From assembly GCA_037445575.1 (NCBI GenBank), contig JBBIKH010000002.1, positions 9,509-70,279 of the forward strand: a stretch of DNA of 60,771 nt, in the 5' to 3' direction. Position 1 is the stretch's first letter. The number at the start of each line of letters is the position of its first letter. This DNA comes from a bacterium. Lineage in GTDB: Bacteria > Zhuqueibacterota > Zhuqueibacteria > JANLFK01 > Oleimicrobiaceae. The translations under genes were made by a program, and so were the position numbers. The notes below the pieces were generated by a model that saw only the letters and a program-made list of their open reading frames with translations, was not told where the DNA came from and did no database searches. Shown in pieces: positions 27,550-37,300 of the stretch.

Positions 27550-30203
27550 TTTGTCGCTGGTGCGAAAAAGAGCGCATTCACTATCAGGCGAGCAAGGCCT
27601 CGCCACAAGAGGCGGAAGGTGGGGTCGTCAGCGAAGAGGACGACCTTGCCTTTCCCCACCGACTCCTCAATCAGGTATGCGGTTCCCGCTATCTTCTTCT
27701 CGTTCTTGTCCGAGATGTAGCCTGCAAATCGAGGCTTGTCCGCATAGATGCCCACATTGTGCCCTTGGCCGCTGAGCTCATAGGCTGTGGCACCCGCTTT
27801 GAAGGTGAACATTTCTCGCGTGCAGCCGTAGCCAAGCGGGTGAGTGGTGTCGATGAGCGTCCGCAGGATAGCCCCGGGCACAGTAGAGAGCGGGCTTTCT
27901 TTCTCCTTCTCCTCCAGAGTGAGGCGTTTGCGACGCTCCACATCGGGGTCCGCCTCCTCGGCCCCTTTGTCTTGGGGCTTTTTCTCCTTCTTGAGCTTGA
28001 CCGAGCAGAGCCGGGCCCCGTCCTGCGTGGCAAAGGCAGCGCCGCCGCCCACGCCAATGAACGTACCGCCCTCGCGAATCCAGCGCGCCAACCGCTCCAC
28101 CGTCGCACTGTCGAGCTGGCTACGATACCCCCTGCCCTCGCCATAATCGTTGGGAAAGATCAGCACGTCGTACTTACGCAGGTCTACTGCGCGAAGCCTC
28201 TCACACTCTACGGGTGTAAAGTCGATACCTAGGTGCTGTTCCAGCAGGAACCACAAGGCCCCGTAGGAGCTGGCGCTCACCGGCCGGCCAGTCACCATCG
28301 CCACCCTCGGCATCTTGAGGGCAACCAGGTCATCCGAGCCCAGGTCGATGCCCTCCTCAGTCAGGCCGGTGTGGACGGCAACGAAGGTGATGCCATGGTC
28401 ACGCGCCAGGCCTTCGACCACTGCGTGCACCGTAGAGTCGGGATGAGCAGCCGGTCGATTGAGCACGGGGATGACGATCGTCCCACGCTCGAAGCGACGT
28501 CCGCCCAGGGTAAAGGGCTTCGTGCTCACCCGCACCCGCCATTTGTGCCGGAGGAGCTGGAAGAGAGCGCTGGCCGCGCCCTCATCCTCCCAGGGGAGAA
28601 GGTAGGCATACCCGGCGCGCCCACCCTGCACAGCACCGCTCGGGTCTGGTCGAGAGCGGAGTTGCTCCATGCCACAAGTCAGCTGACTGCGGGTCCAGTA
28701 GGCCGGCACGTTGTAGACCACAGGCAGGCACCAGGCCGTGATGTCGTAGAAGAAGGTGTCGGCAAGGACTGGCTCCACCTCGAAAAGGGCCGTCAACAGG
28801 CGTTGCGCCGGCTGCGCCACGGGCACCACAAAGGACCCACGCGGCAGAGGCAGCCTCTCCACCTTCTGCGCATAACCTTCTACCCCTTTCACCTCCGTAG
28901 CTTCGGTGGTGCGCCAGACCTCGATGCCCTGGCGCAACAGCAGGTCCACAAAGTCAGCCTGTTTGTTGGCATCCGGATCCGGGGGAAAGAGGTAGTAGCG
29001 CACTGCGCTGCGACGTCCCTGTTCCAGGCTTTGGCGCCAGGAGTCCGTGTAGTCCTTGAGGATCTCCCTGCGGTGGCGCTGTGCCGTCTGCAGGGTAGTC
29101 ATGGCCGCTACGAAGTGGTGCCAGGCGCGGTCGGTAAGGGTGAGCACGCTGCCGTCGTCGCGCGTCACTGCAAGGCCCGCGGCGCCCCCTCCCCCTTGCT
29201 CGAAGGTCATGCCCAAAGCCCCATTCAGCGAAGGCCACGAGTCACCAAAGCCCGGATAAAAGAGGTCAAACCCCTCCGCGGTGAAATAGGGCCAGCCCTG
29301 GCGGTCAAAGGCCCTGGCATTGTTTTCCCCAAAGACCTTGGCCCACTTGATGAGCACCTTGGGAATGTTGGTATTGATGGGCGTCCGCGAGGGGAAGAAG
29401 AAATAGCTGCTGTTGTAGCCCATCTCGTGAAAGTCCACGTGCACCTGCGGCATCCATTGTCGGAACAAGGCTACCCGTTGGCGGGTCTCCCGCTGCGTCT
29501 GCCAAGCCCAGTCTCGGTTCAGGTCAAAGTAGTAGTGATTGGAGCGTGCACCTGGCCATGGTTCGTGGTGCTCGGCAGCGTCCGGATCGGGGTTGGGTTT
29601 ACTGCCCACCGTCCGGCCATAAAACGACACGTAGCGCTCCCTGCCATCAGGGTTCAGTACCGGATCGAGGATAATCACAAGCTCGCGGAGCAATGCTTCC
29701 GTCTGCTTGTCCGTGGCGGCGTTCAGCTGGTAGGCGACCTGAAGGGCTGCCTCAGTGCCGCTTGCCTCGTTGCCGTGGACATTGAAGCTCAGCCACACCA
29801 CCAGTGGCCAGGAGTCCAGCAGCTGCGACAAACGGTCAGGAGCTGGCAGCAACCCCGGGTCGGCCAGACGTCGCTGGCGAATCTGGAGGCTGTCCCATTT
29901 GGCCAGGTTCTCCGGCGAGGAGATTACTGCCACCAACAGCGGTCTCCCCTCATAGGTCGTGCCATACCGCAGGAGTCTGACTCGTTGCGAGCTGGCAGCC
30001 AAGGCCTCCATGTAGCGGACCACCAGGTGATGGGGGGTGAACTGCTGCCCAATGCTGTATCCCAGCACCGCTGCGGGGGGCGGCACCTGTGGGTCATAGG
30101 AGGAGGTGCTATCAGGCCATTGGAAGGGCAGCGCTTCCTGCCCCCGGAGGGATGTGCCCCCCATGACAAGAGTGAGAAGCAGCCTCATCATCACGTGGCG
30201 CAT
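27546..30203 (-). CDS. M14-family zinc carboxypeptidase with a C-terminal GATase1-like domain
   Basis: Zn ligands are in FNVHGNEASG (HxxE) and VDFHEMG, and NPDGRE is present. The C-terminal part reads YDVLIFPNDYGEG...IREGGTFIGVGGGAAFA...KGKVVLFADDPTFR. The ATG at 30203 has GGAGAAAGG upstream and gives the signal-peptide-like MRHVMMRLLLTLVMGG. The track start is a GTG at 30233. Confidence 0.85.
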   Translation of the reverse strand: MRHVMMRLLLTLVMGGTSLRGQEALPFQWPDSTSSYDPQVPPPAAVLGYSIGQQFTPHHLVVRYMEALAASSQRVRLLRYGTTYEGRPLLVAVISSPENLAKWDSLQIRQRRLADPGLLPAPDRLSQLLDSWPLVVWLSFNVHGNEASGTEAALQVAYQLNAATDKQTEALLRELVIILDPVLNPDGRERYVSFYGRTVGSKPNPDPDAAEHHEPWPGARSNHYYFDLNRDWAWQTQRETRQRVALFRQWMPQVHVDFHEMGYNSSYFFFPSRTPINTNIPKVLIKWAKVFGENNARAFDRQGWPYFTAEGFDLFYPGFGDSWPSLNGALGMTFEQGGGGAAGLAVTRDDGSVLTLTDRAWHHFVAAMTTLQTAQRHRREILKDYTDSWRQSLEQGRRSAVRYYLFPPDPDANKQADFVDLLLRQGIEVWRTTEATEVKGVEGYAQKVERLPLPRGSFVVPVAQPAQRLLTALFEVEPVLADTFFYDITAWCLPVVYNVPAYWTRSQLTCGMEQLRSRPDPSGAVQGGRAGYAYLLPWEDEGAASALFQLLRHKWRVRVSTKPFTLGGRRFERGTIVIPVLNRPAAHPDSTVHAVVEGLARDHGITFVAVHTGLTEEGIDLGSDDLVALKMPRVAMVTGRPVSASSYGALWFLLEQHLGIDFTPVECERLRAVDLRKYDVLIFPNDYGEGRGYRSQLDSATVERLARWIREGGTFIGVGGGAAFATQDGARLCSVKLKKEKKPQDKGAEEADPDVERRKRLTLEEKEKESPLSTVPGAILRTLIDTTHPLGYGCTREMFTFKAGATAYELSGQGHNVGIYADKPRFAGYISDKNEKKIAGTAYLIEESVGKGKVVLFADDPTFRLLWRGLARLIVNALFFAPATK

Positions 30204-30290
30204 ATCCTTTCTCCGCACGCAAATTGGGGTCACCGCACGTCACCTTATAAAGAAACAAAAACTTGCCGTAATAATCAAGCGTTTTCCCGC

Positions 30291-30327
30291 AAGAAAAAGG
30301 GCCGACCTCACTACCTCTGGTCGGCCC
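30291..30327 (-). terminator. Rho-independent terminator after surA
   Basis: The minus-strand RNA reads GGGCCGACC-(11 nt)-GGUCGGCCC, a perfect 9 bp stem, followed by UUUUUCUU. Confidence 0.75.
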
Positions 30328-30347
30328 GCGGCGAGTTGACCTGTGCC

Positions 30348-31634
30348 TTACAGGCCCTTCACTTCCACAAACATCTCGGCGCGGAGCTCGGCCACCCACT
30401 TCTCGAACTCCCGCTGCCTTTTTTCGTTGAGTGCCATCTGCTCGATGGTATCCCAGTCGCTCTCCAAGGTCAACTGGCGCGCTTCGCGCCGATTCAGCAC
30501 CTTCAGGATGTGAAAGCCGTACTTGGTTCGGAACGGATCGGTGATGCCCCCCGGCTGGATCCCGTGCAGCGCCGTCACGAACTCCGGCGCTGTTTCACGA
30601 AGCTGGTCGATCTCAAACCACCCCAGGTGTCCGCCGGCAGAAGCGGTCGTCTCGTCATCGGACTGCTCCTTCGCCAGGGCGGCAAAGTCTGCCCCCTCCT
30701 GAAGCTGGCGATACAACTCCTTGATCCGCTCTGCTGCTGCCTTCTCGTCCTCCTTGGTGGTGCTCAGGGCAACCAGGATGTGCCGTACTCTGACCTTCTC
30801 GCCGCGCCGCTCCAGCAGCTCGATAAGGTGGAACCCGAATTGAGTCTCTACGATCTCAGAGCGCTGACCAGGCTCCAAGGAAAAGGCGACCTCCTCAAAT
30901 TCCCGTACAAAGTCGCCGCGCTGCATAAAGCCCAGATCACCGCCGCGCTGGGCCGACCCCGGATCATCGGACATCTGGCGCGCCACCTCCGCAAAGTCTT
31001 CTCCCGCAGCAAGCCGACGTTTCACCTCCTCCATCCTCTGCAGGGCTTTCTGGCGCGCCGCTTCGCCAGGGCGCACTTCGACCAGGATGTGGCTGATCTC
31101 CACCGCCTCCTTCATTTGTGGGAGACTGTCTTTGTGGGTAGCATAAAAGCGCTCCACTTCGCGGCGTCCCACTTTGAGGTTGGCAAACTTGGTCTCGCGC
31201 AGCTGCTGCACGGTAAGATTCTTGCGGATCTCCTCCTCGTATTGCCGGCGGATCTTGCGTATGGGCATGCCAAAGTACTCTTCCACCTTTTCTTCGGAGC
31301 CCAGCTGCTGCACAATGCTCTGCATCTGCTGCTCGAGGAAACTCTCCACCCTCTTGGCATCAACCACCACCGTGTCCTGTTCGGCCTTCTTGAGGAGGAT
31401 TTGCTGCACTACCAGGCTTTCTAAGGTTCGGCGTTGCAACTCCTTGAAGCGCTCAGGCTCGCGATTTGGGTCCAGGCGCAGCTGCATGGCCAGAAAGAAA
31501 GCCCCTTGCATCACCTCGGACTCAAGGATGGGCTTGTCGTCCACCACGGCCACCACCCGGTCCAACACCTCCTGCGCCAAAGCTGCCTTGGCGATCAAAA
31601 GGAGGCTAAGGACGATCTTCTGAATTGTGCTCAT
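30348..31634 (-). CDS. surA: SurA-type periplasmic chaperone/peptidyl-prolyl isomerase with two parvulin domains
   Basis: Signal peptide MSTIQKIVLSLLLIAKAALAQ and a SurA N-domain (VVAVVDDKPILESEV). Two parvulin blocks are present: HILV..., GGDLGFMQRGDFVREFEEVAF, FGFHLIEL; and RHILV..., GGHLGWFEIDQL, YGFHILKVL. The ATG at 31634 has GGAG 8 nt upstream. Confidence 0.85.
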   Translation of the reverse strand: MSTIQKIVLSLLLIAKAALAQEVLDRVVAVVDDKPILESEVMQGAFFLAMQLRLDPNREPERFKELQRRTLESLVVQQILLKKAEQDTVVVDAKRVESFLEQQMQSIVQQLGSEEKVEEYFGMPIRKIRRQYEEEIRKNLTVQQLRETKFANLKVGRREVERFYATHKDSLPQMKEAVEISHILVEVRPGEAARQKALQRMEEVKRRLAAGEDFAEVARQMSDDPGSAQRGGDLGFMQRGDFVREFEEVAFSLEPGQRSEIVETQFGFHLIELLERRGEKVRVRHILVALSTTKEDEKAAAERIKELYRQLQEGADFAALAKEQSDDETTASAGGHLGWFEIDQLRETAPEFVTALHGIQPGGITDPFRTKYGFHILKVLNRREARQLTLESDWDTIEQMALNEKRQREFEKWVAELRAEMFVEVKGL

Positions 31635-31691
31635 TCCCAGCTCCGCAAAAGTCAACTGTCATGAGGATAGAAGAGGCCCGTGCCCGGGCGG

Positions 31692-32591
31692 TCAAGGGCT
31701 CGCGGTAGTCGAGTCGGCGAGCACTTGCCGCAGCGCGCCATAGTCCACGTAAACGGTTTGGCGCCCGCGCAATCGGTCGAGCAACTGCCGCCGCCTCTCG
31801 CGCATCTTTTCCAGAACGACCCGCTCGCGCAGCAGCCCCTCCACTTCGGCCAGATCGCGGACACTGCCCGCGGGCTTCACGTCCACTACCTTGACGAGGT
31901 AATAGCCCGTCTCCGTCTTGATAGGCGAAAGCACCTTCCCCAAGGGTGCACGGGGTACCTGCTGTGCCAGTTCGGGGAGCACCTGTGCACGCCTCAGGTA
32001 GCCGGTGGCACCACTGTCCCTGGCCGAGGGGGCTTGCGAACTCTGGGCAGCCAGCCGCTCAAAGCTCTCGCCGTTGAGAATACGCGTCCGCAGCTGAATG
32101 GCCTCCTGCCAACTGGGGACCATTATCTCCTGCAACAGGTATTCCTCTTCGGTGCGCCGGAAGGCCTCCTGATTCCTCTCGTAGTGGGCGCGCAGCTCTT
32201 CGGGCGTCACCGTGAGAGTGTCTGCCGCCAGCAGATCCTCCATGGCCGTGGCCAGCACCTCCCGCCGCAGGTCTTCCAGCTGACGCCTCACCTTCTTGTC
32301 CCGGTGTAAACCCCGCCGCTTCGCCTCCTGCGCCAGTAGCTCCATGTTGATCCACCGCTGCACGTAGGAGCGCACCTGCGCCTCTGAGACACCCAGGCTC
32401 GGATTGTCGGGAAAAGCGGCTTTGACGTCGGCAAGCCGCAGCACCGCACTCCCCACTCGCGCCACCACCTGCTGGTCGCCAGATCCACCCGGTCCGCAAC
32501 CGCTCCAAGCTGAGGTCAGACCAATAACGATGAGTGCGCCAAACACTTTGCACATAAACGCGCACCTCGTTGCCGTCGCCACCCTTTTCAC
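31692..32591 (-). CDS. Parvulin-like peptidyl-prolyl isomerase/chaperone, probably a lipoprotein
   Basis: 299 aa. The N-terminal FGALIVIGLTSAWSGCG has a Cys-containing lipobox-like end. It also has a SurA-N-like region (VVARVGSAVLRLADV) and a degenerate parvulin domain (LLQEIMV...GYLRRAQVLPELA...TGYYLVKV). Confidence 0.7.
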   Translation of the reverse strand: MKRVATATRCAFMCKVFGALIVIGLTSAWSGCGPGGSGDQQVVARVGSAVLRLADVKAAFPDNPSLGVSEAQVRSYVQRWINMELLAQEAKRRGLHRDKKVRRQLEDLRREVLATAMEDLLAADTLTVTPEELRAHYERNQEAFRRTEEEYLLQEIMVPSWQEAIQLRTRILNGESFERLAAQSSQAPSARDSGATGYLRRAQVLPELAQQVPRAPLGKVLSPIKTETGYYLVKVVDVKPAGSVRDLAEVEGLLRERVVLEKMRERRRQLLDRLRGRQTVYVDYGALRQVLADSTTASP

Positions 32592-34336
32592 TCCTCGAAG
32601 AGCTCCGCAAACGCAACCCTCAAGGCCTCATCATAGATGGTGACCTTGAATCGCGCCCGCAAGCCGTCCAACCATTCCTTCTTGAGCCGCTCCTCTTCTT
32701 CACGGCGGAGGTCCCGCTGCACATCGTACTTGGCTTCCTCGTAGGACTTGGGGGATTGTTCCTCGCGATCCAAGACTTTGATAATCGAAAACTTGGGCCC
32801 CATTGGGATAATGTCAGAAACTTGTCCCACCGCCATCTGCAACGCGGTCTGACCCACATTGCCGTATTGGCGCGCGGAGATGTAGCCTAACACCCCTCCT
32901 TCGTTGCGAACGGAGATCCGCTCCGTGTACTGCCGCGCCAGGCGCGAAAAGTCTTCCCCCGCCCGAATGCGCCGCAGCAACTGCTCTGCTTGTTTGCGGT
33001 CCGAGACAAAGATCTCCTGCACCTTCGCACGCGCCGGATTGACATACCTGTCCGCATGGCTCTCAAAGTAGGCCTTGTACGACTCCTCCGTGAGGTTCAT
33101 CCGCTTGCGCACCATGTCGTCGGTAATCCGCTGCAGCATAGACCTTTCCAGCAACTGCTGCCGCGCCCGCTTCATCTCCGGCTGGAGGTGAAACTTCTCC
33201 CGCTTGGCCTCCTTCAACATCAAGTCCCGCCAGAGCAGACGGGAAGTCCAGTCTTTGACCGTCTCCACGCTCGTCAAACGGGGCTGGCGCCGTGCAGGGT
33301 AACGACGGAGCGCCTTGACCAGGTCCTCCACCCTCAACAGGCCTCCAGCGTAGCGCGCCAACACCATCTTCTGGTCCGTAGGGGTCAAGTAATAGAACTG
33401 ATCCTTCTCCACGTCAGCATCAGCGCCCTGGCCGGAGAGCGTGGTATCCGGGCTCGGCGCATTCAGCTTTGACGCCAAAGCGACTATGGCGGTGGAGTCG
33501 TACTCCACCTTGTAGCGCTTCTCAAGATCGGCAGCGAGCTGATAGTACTCCTTCTCCATCTCCGTCTGCTTGCCCTTGATAAGCTGCTGCTTGATCCGGT
33601 CCTTGGCCTGCTCATACTCACCGAGACCAGAGATCTGCTTGTCCTCCACTCGGAGGATGTGATAGCCACGGTTGCTGCGCACAGGCTCCGAAAGTTCCCC
33701 TTGCTTCAGTTTGAAGGCCGCCTCAAAGAAGGCATCGTCATAGCCCCCTTCTCCCCATCGGATAAACCCAAGATCGCCACCCTTGGGGCTGCTGAGATGG
33801 TCCTGGGAAAAGTTCTTCGCCACATCGAAAAAGCTCTCACCTCGGAGGATGCGGTCGCGCAGCTCCCACGCCCGCTTGCGCACCTCCGCCTCCTTGCGCT
33901 CGTCAGCATCCCGTGGCACGACCAACAGGATATGCCGCACTCGGAGCTGCACACTGCTCTTGCGCCAGTAGTCCAGCAGTTCCTTCTCACTGATCAGACG
34001 GTCCACCACCTTCTTCTCAACGTAGGAGGAGAACAGGCGCTGCTCCATCTCGCGCTCAACAGGCTGCACAACCTCCGGCAGCTTGTCGTACCCGCGGGAA
34101 TAGGCGTCAGCAATCTTGAGCGTGCGGTCGACCATGGTCAGGAGATGGTCTTTACGCTCCTTGAACGTAGTGGTTTTTATGTAGTTGGGAGTCCTGTTCT
34201 TGGAAAAGTCTTGCTCGAATTCAGACAGCCTGATCACCCGATTGCCGATCCGTGCGACCACGGGGTCCGATTGGCGCCCACATTGTGCCAGCATAACCGC
34301 AAAAGAAATAAGAGCTAAAACCGCCGCTTTTCGCAT
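32588..34336 (-). CDS. PpiD/SurA-like periplasmic chaperone with a parvulin domain
   Basis: The ATG at 34336 has AAGGAG 7 nt upstream, giving MRKAAVLALISFAVMLAQCG. It has a SurA-N-like region (VVARIGNRVIRLSEF) and parvulin blocks (VRHILL...GGDLGFIRWGEGGYDDAFFEAAF...RGYHILRV). A second, degenerate block follows (VQEIFV...GGVLGYISARQYG...FSIIKV). Confidence 0.75.
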   Translation of the reverse strand: MRKAAVLALISFAVMLAQCGRQSDPVVARIGNRVIRLSEFEQDFSKNRTPNYIKTTTFKERKDHLLTMVDRTLKIADAYSRGYDKLPEVVQPVEREMEQRLFSSYVEKKVVDRLISEKELLDYWRKSSVQLRVRHILLVVPRDADERKEAEVRKRAWELRDRILRGESFFDVAKNFSQDHLSSPKGGDLGFIRWGEGGYDDAFFEAAFKLKQGELSEPVRSNRGYHILRVEDKQISGLGEYEQAKDRIKQQLIKGKQTEMEKEYYQLAADLEKRYKVEYDSTAIVALASKLNAPSPDTTLSGQGADADVEKDQFYYLTPTDQKMVLARYAGGLLRVEDLVKALRRYPARRQPRLTSVETVKDWTSRLLWRDLMLKEAKREKFHLQPEMKRARQQLLERSMLQRITDDMVRKRMNLTEESYKAYFESHADRYVNPARAKVQEIFVSDRKQAEQLLRRIRAGEDFSRLARQYTERISVRNEGGVLGYISARQYGNVGQTALQMAVGQVSDIIPMGPKFSIIKVLDREEQSPKSYEEAKYDVQRDLRREEEERLKKEWLDGLRARFKVTIYDEALRVAFAELFEE

Positions 34337-34394
34337 GTCTCGCTCCTTGTTATCCCATCTCTGCGTCGTTTCGAACCTGGTCAAATATAGGAAG

Positions 34395-37300
34395 TCACAA
34401 CAAACTTTGCAAGAACTCTTTCGCCGCCGGCAGCCCTCCCTCGCGCGGGAGCTCCACGTGCAAGTGTAGCTGGCTCCGGCCTTTGCCTTGCACGAACCTA
34501 TAAGGGTAGCAACTTGCCTGAGCTACGCGCGAGACGAGCGCTTTGAACCGCTCCTTGTCCTGGACAAGCGACGGGGCAAAGGTCGCGCGCAGCGAACGTG
34601 CGTCTACTTGAACCTCGCTCATCTGCAACAGGTTTCCGAGAAGCTTGCAAGTCGTCGCATCCAACAGATTGCGGGCTGGCGCAGGGAGAGGCCCAAAGCG
34701 ATCCATGAGCTCCTGCGCAACGTCTTCTACTTCCTCTACGGTTTTTGCCAACACCAGTCGACGATAGAGAGCAACGCGCTCAGAGCTGTGGGCCACGTAT
34801 TCCTCCGGGAGAAATGCGTCCCCTCGGAAGCGTATCTGGGTGCTCACCTCCTTTTCGGCAGGTTCTTCTAAGACGGCATATTCGGACTTGGCCTCCCGCA
34901 CCGCCTCGTCCAATATCTGGCAGAAGACGTCGTAGCCCAAGGCATCGAGAAACCCGCTCTGTTCGGCGCCAAACAGGCTGCCCGCTCCTCGGACCTCAAG
35001 ATCGCGGAGGGCAATTTGGTAGCCGGAGCCGAGCTCGGTTATCTCCTCGATGGCCTGCAAACGCTTGATTGCTTCCTTGGTCAGGCGCCGCACGCTTGGC
35101 ACCAGAAAATAGGCATAGGCCTGCTGGGTGGAGCGCCCTACGCGCCCGCGCAGTTGATAAAGCTGTGCCAGCCCAAAGCAGTCCGCGCGGTTGACGATCA
35201 AAGTATTGACGTTGGGCATGTCCAGACCGGCCTGGATAATCATCGTCGACACCAGACAGTCGTATTGCCTCTCGAGGAATCGCCCCATAACCCGCTCTAA
35301 GGTGGCCGCCGGCATTTGGCCATGAGCTACCGCAAAGGTTGCTTCTGGTACCAGGCGCTGCAACATCTTGGTCATGGCGCCTATGGACTGTACCCGATTG
35401 TGCACAAAGAAGACCTGGCCTCCCCTGCCCAGCTCTCGCAGGATGGCATGGCGAATGAGCTCCTTGCTAAATTGGACCACCTCCGTGCGAATGGGGAGGC
35501 GATCGCGCGGGGGCGTGTCGATACGCGACATGTCGGTAATGCCCACCAGTGCCATGTGCAGTGTGCGGGGAATGGGCGTGGCTGTCAGGGTGAGCACGTC
35601 TACGTCGGTGCGCAAGGCCTTGAGACGCTCCTTGTGCATCACCCCGAACCTTTGCTCCTCATCGATAATCAGCAGGCCAAGGTCGTGAAAGGCGATGTCT
35701 CCGGAAAGCAGGCGATGGGTACCGATGATGATGTCAATGCGCCCCGCCTTCAGGTCTGCCAACACCCGTTGCTGCTCGCGCTTGGATAAGAAGCGAGACA
35801 GCATTTCCACCCGCACCGGGAACGGGGCTAGGCGCTCCCGAAAGGTGGCCAGGTGCTGACTTGCCAAGAGGGTGGTGGGCACCAGTACTGCAACCTGCTT
35901 GCCATCATTTACCGCCTTGAAGGCTGCCCGAATGGCCACTTCCGTCTTTCCAAAGCCCACGTCGCCACATACCAGCCGGTCCATGGGTCGCGGCGCCTCC
36001 ATGTCCCGCTTTACCTCCGCGGTGGCGCGGAGTTGGTCCGGCGTCTCGTCGTACACAAACGACGCCTCCAGCTCGTGCTGCCAGAGGGTGTCGGGAGAGA
36101 AGGAGAAGCCTGGCGTATGGCGTCGCTCCGCGTACAGCTTAATGAGCTGCGACGAGATGTCTTTCAAGCGCCGCTTTGCGCGCGCCTTCAGTCGTTCCCA
36201 TTCCGCCGTGCCCAGGCGGTTGATGCGCGGCGCCACCCCTTCACGGGGGGTGTACTTGCTGACCCGGTCCATCCGTTCGAGCGGCACGTAGACCTTGTCA
36301 TCGTCCAGATAGGCAATTTCCAGGCACTCCCGCTCGGTGTTATCAACCGTAATCTTGCGCAGTCCGCGGTACACACCGATGCCATAGTCCACGTGCACCA
36401 CATAATCGCCTGGGCGCAGCGAGTGAAGCTGGCGGAAGGTAAATCCTTCACGAGGGCGCGGCGCTGGATGTGGTACGCGCGGACGGTTGTGGAACTCGTG
36501 GTGAGTGAGCACACAGAGGGCACCATCCCACAACACAAAGCCGTTCTGCAGCCCCCCTGTTTCCACCTGTAGGCCATGCACCCCTTCTTCGCGGAGGAGC
36601 ACCTCTACTCGTTCCTTCTGAGAAGGGCTGTCGCAGAGAAAGTAGGCCAGCGGTTCGGCCTCAGAGTTGAGCCTTGCCCGCACACCGAACGCAGCAAGGT
36701 ACTCCTGCAACACCTCGTACTTGCCGCCCATGGGCGGAACCGGCTCTGCGCGAAGAATCTTGGCCCCGGGCTCAGTTTTGTCCTTGGGAAACCAGAGCAG
36801 AGGGCGCGTGACTTTGCCTGCACCGGCATATGTCCCCCCTGATTGCCAATGGCCTGAGGCGGGCGATCCCGATGCTTCTTGGCCAAGGCATGCCTGTGCT
36901 GGGGGAGTCCCCTCGCAGACAATCAGGTCCCCTTCCTGGACAAAGGCGATAAGGTTAGCGGTGCGAGGCGCTCCACCTGCTTTGCTCCAGCCGTCGAGCA
37001 CGGGGGACTGGGAAATGAGGACGAGTTCCTGGATAAAGTTGACCGAGCGCTGCGTTTCTGGGTCGAATTCTCGCAACGACTCGATGGTGTTGCCGAAGAA
37101 TTCAACCCGAACAGGGCGAGTACGGGAGAACGGGAAGATGTCCACGATGCCGCCCCGCACACTGATCTCGCCTGCACGGTCCACCATGATCTCGCGCGAG
37201 AAGCCCAGCTGCACAAGGGCTTCCACGAGGCCCTGGAAGTCGTACTCCTGGCCCTGGCGCAAGAGAATGCGGCGTTGCCGAATTGCTTCTGGGGGCTGGA

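Noticed and set aside
30204-30290. A promoter for the M14-led gene chain (TTGATT and TATAAG hexamers on the minus strand).
   Set aside because: The spacing between the candidate -35 and -10 hexamers is 23 nt, and the alternatives match the consensus poorly. No confident call is possible.
28233-31424. A 1063 aa plus-strand ORF, the second-longest in the track.
   Set aside because: It runs antisense across the M14 peptidase gene, a rho-independent terminator and the surA gene. Its translation is R/L/G/H/P-rich with no motifs. This is a typical shadow ORF in GC-rich DNA.
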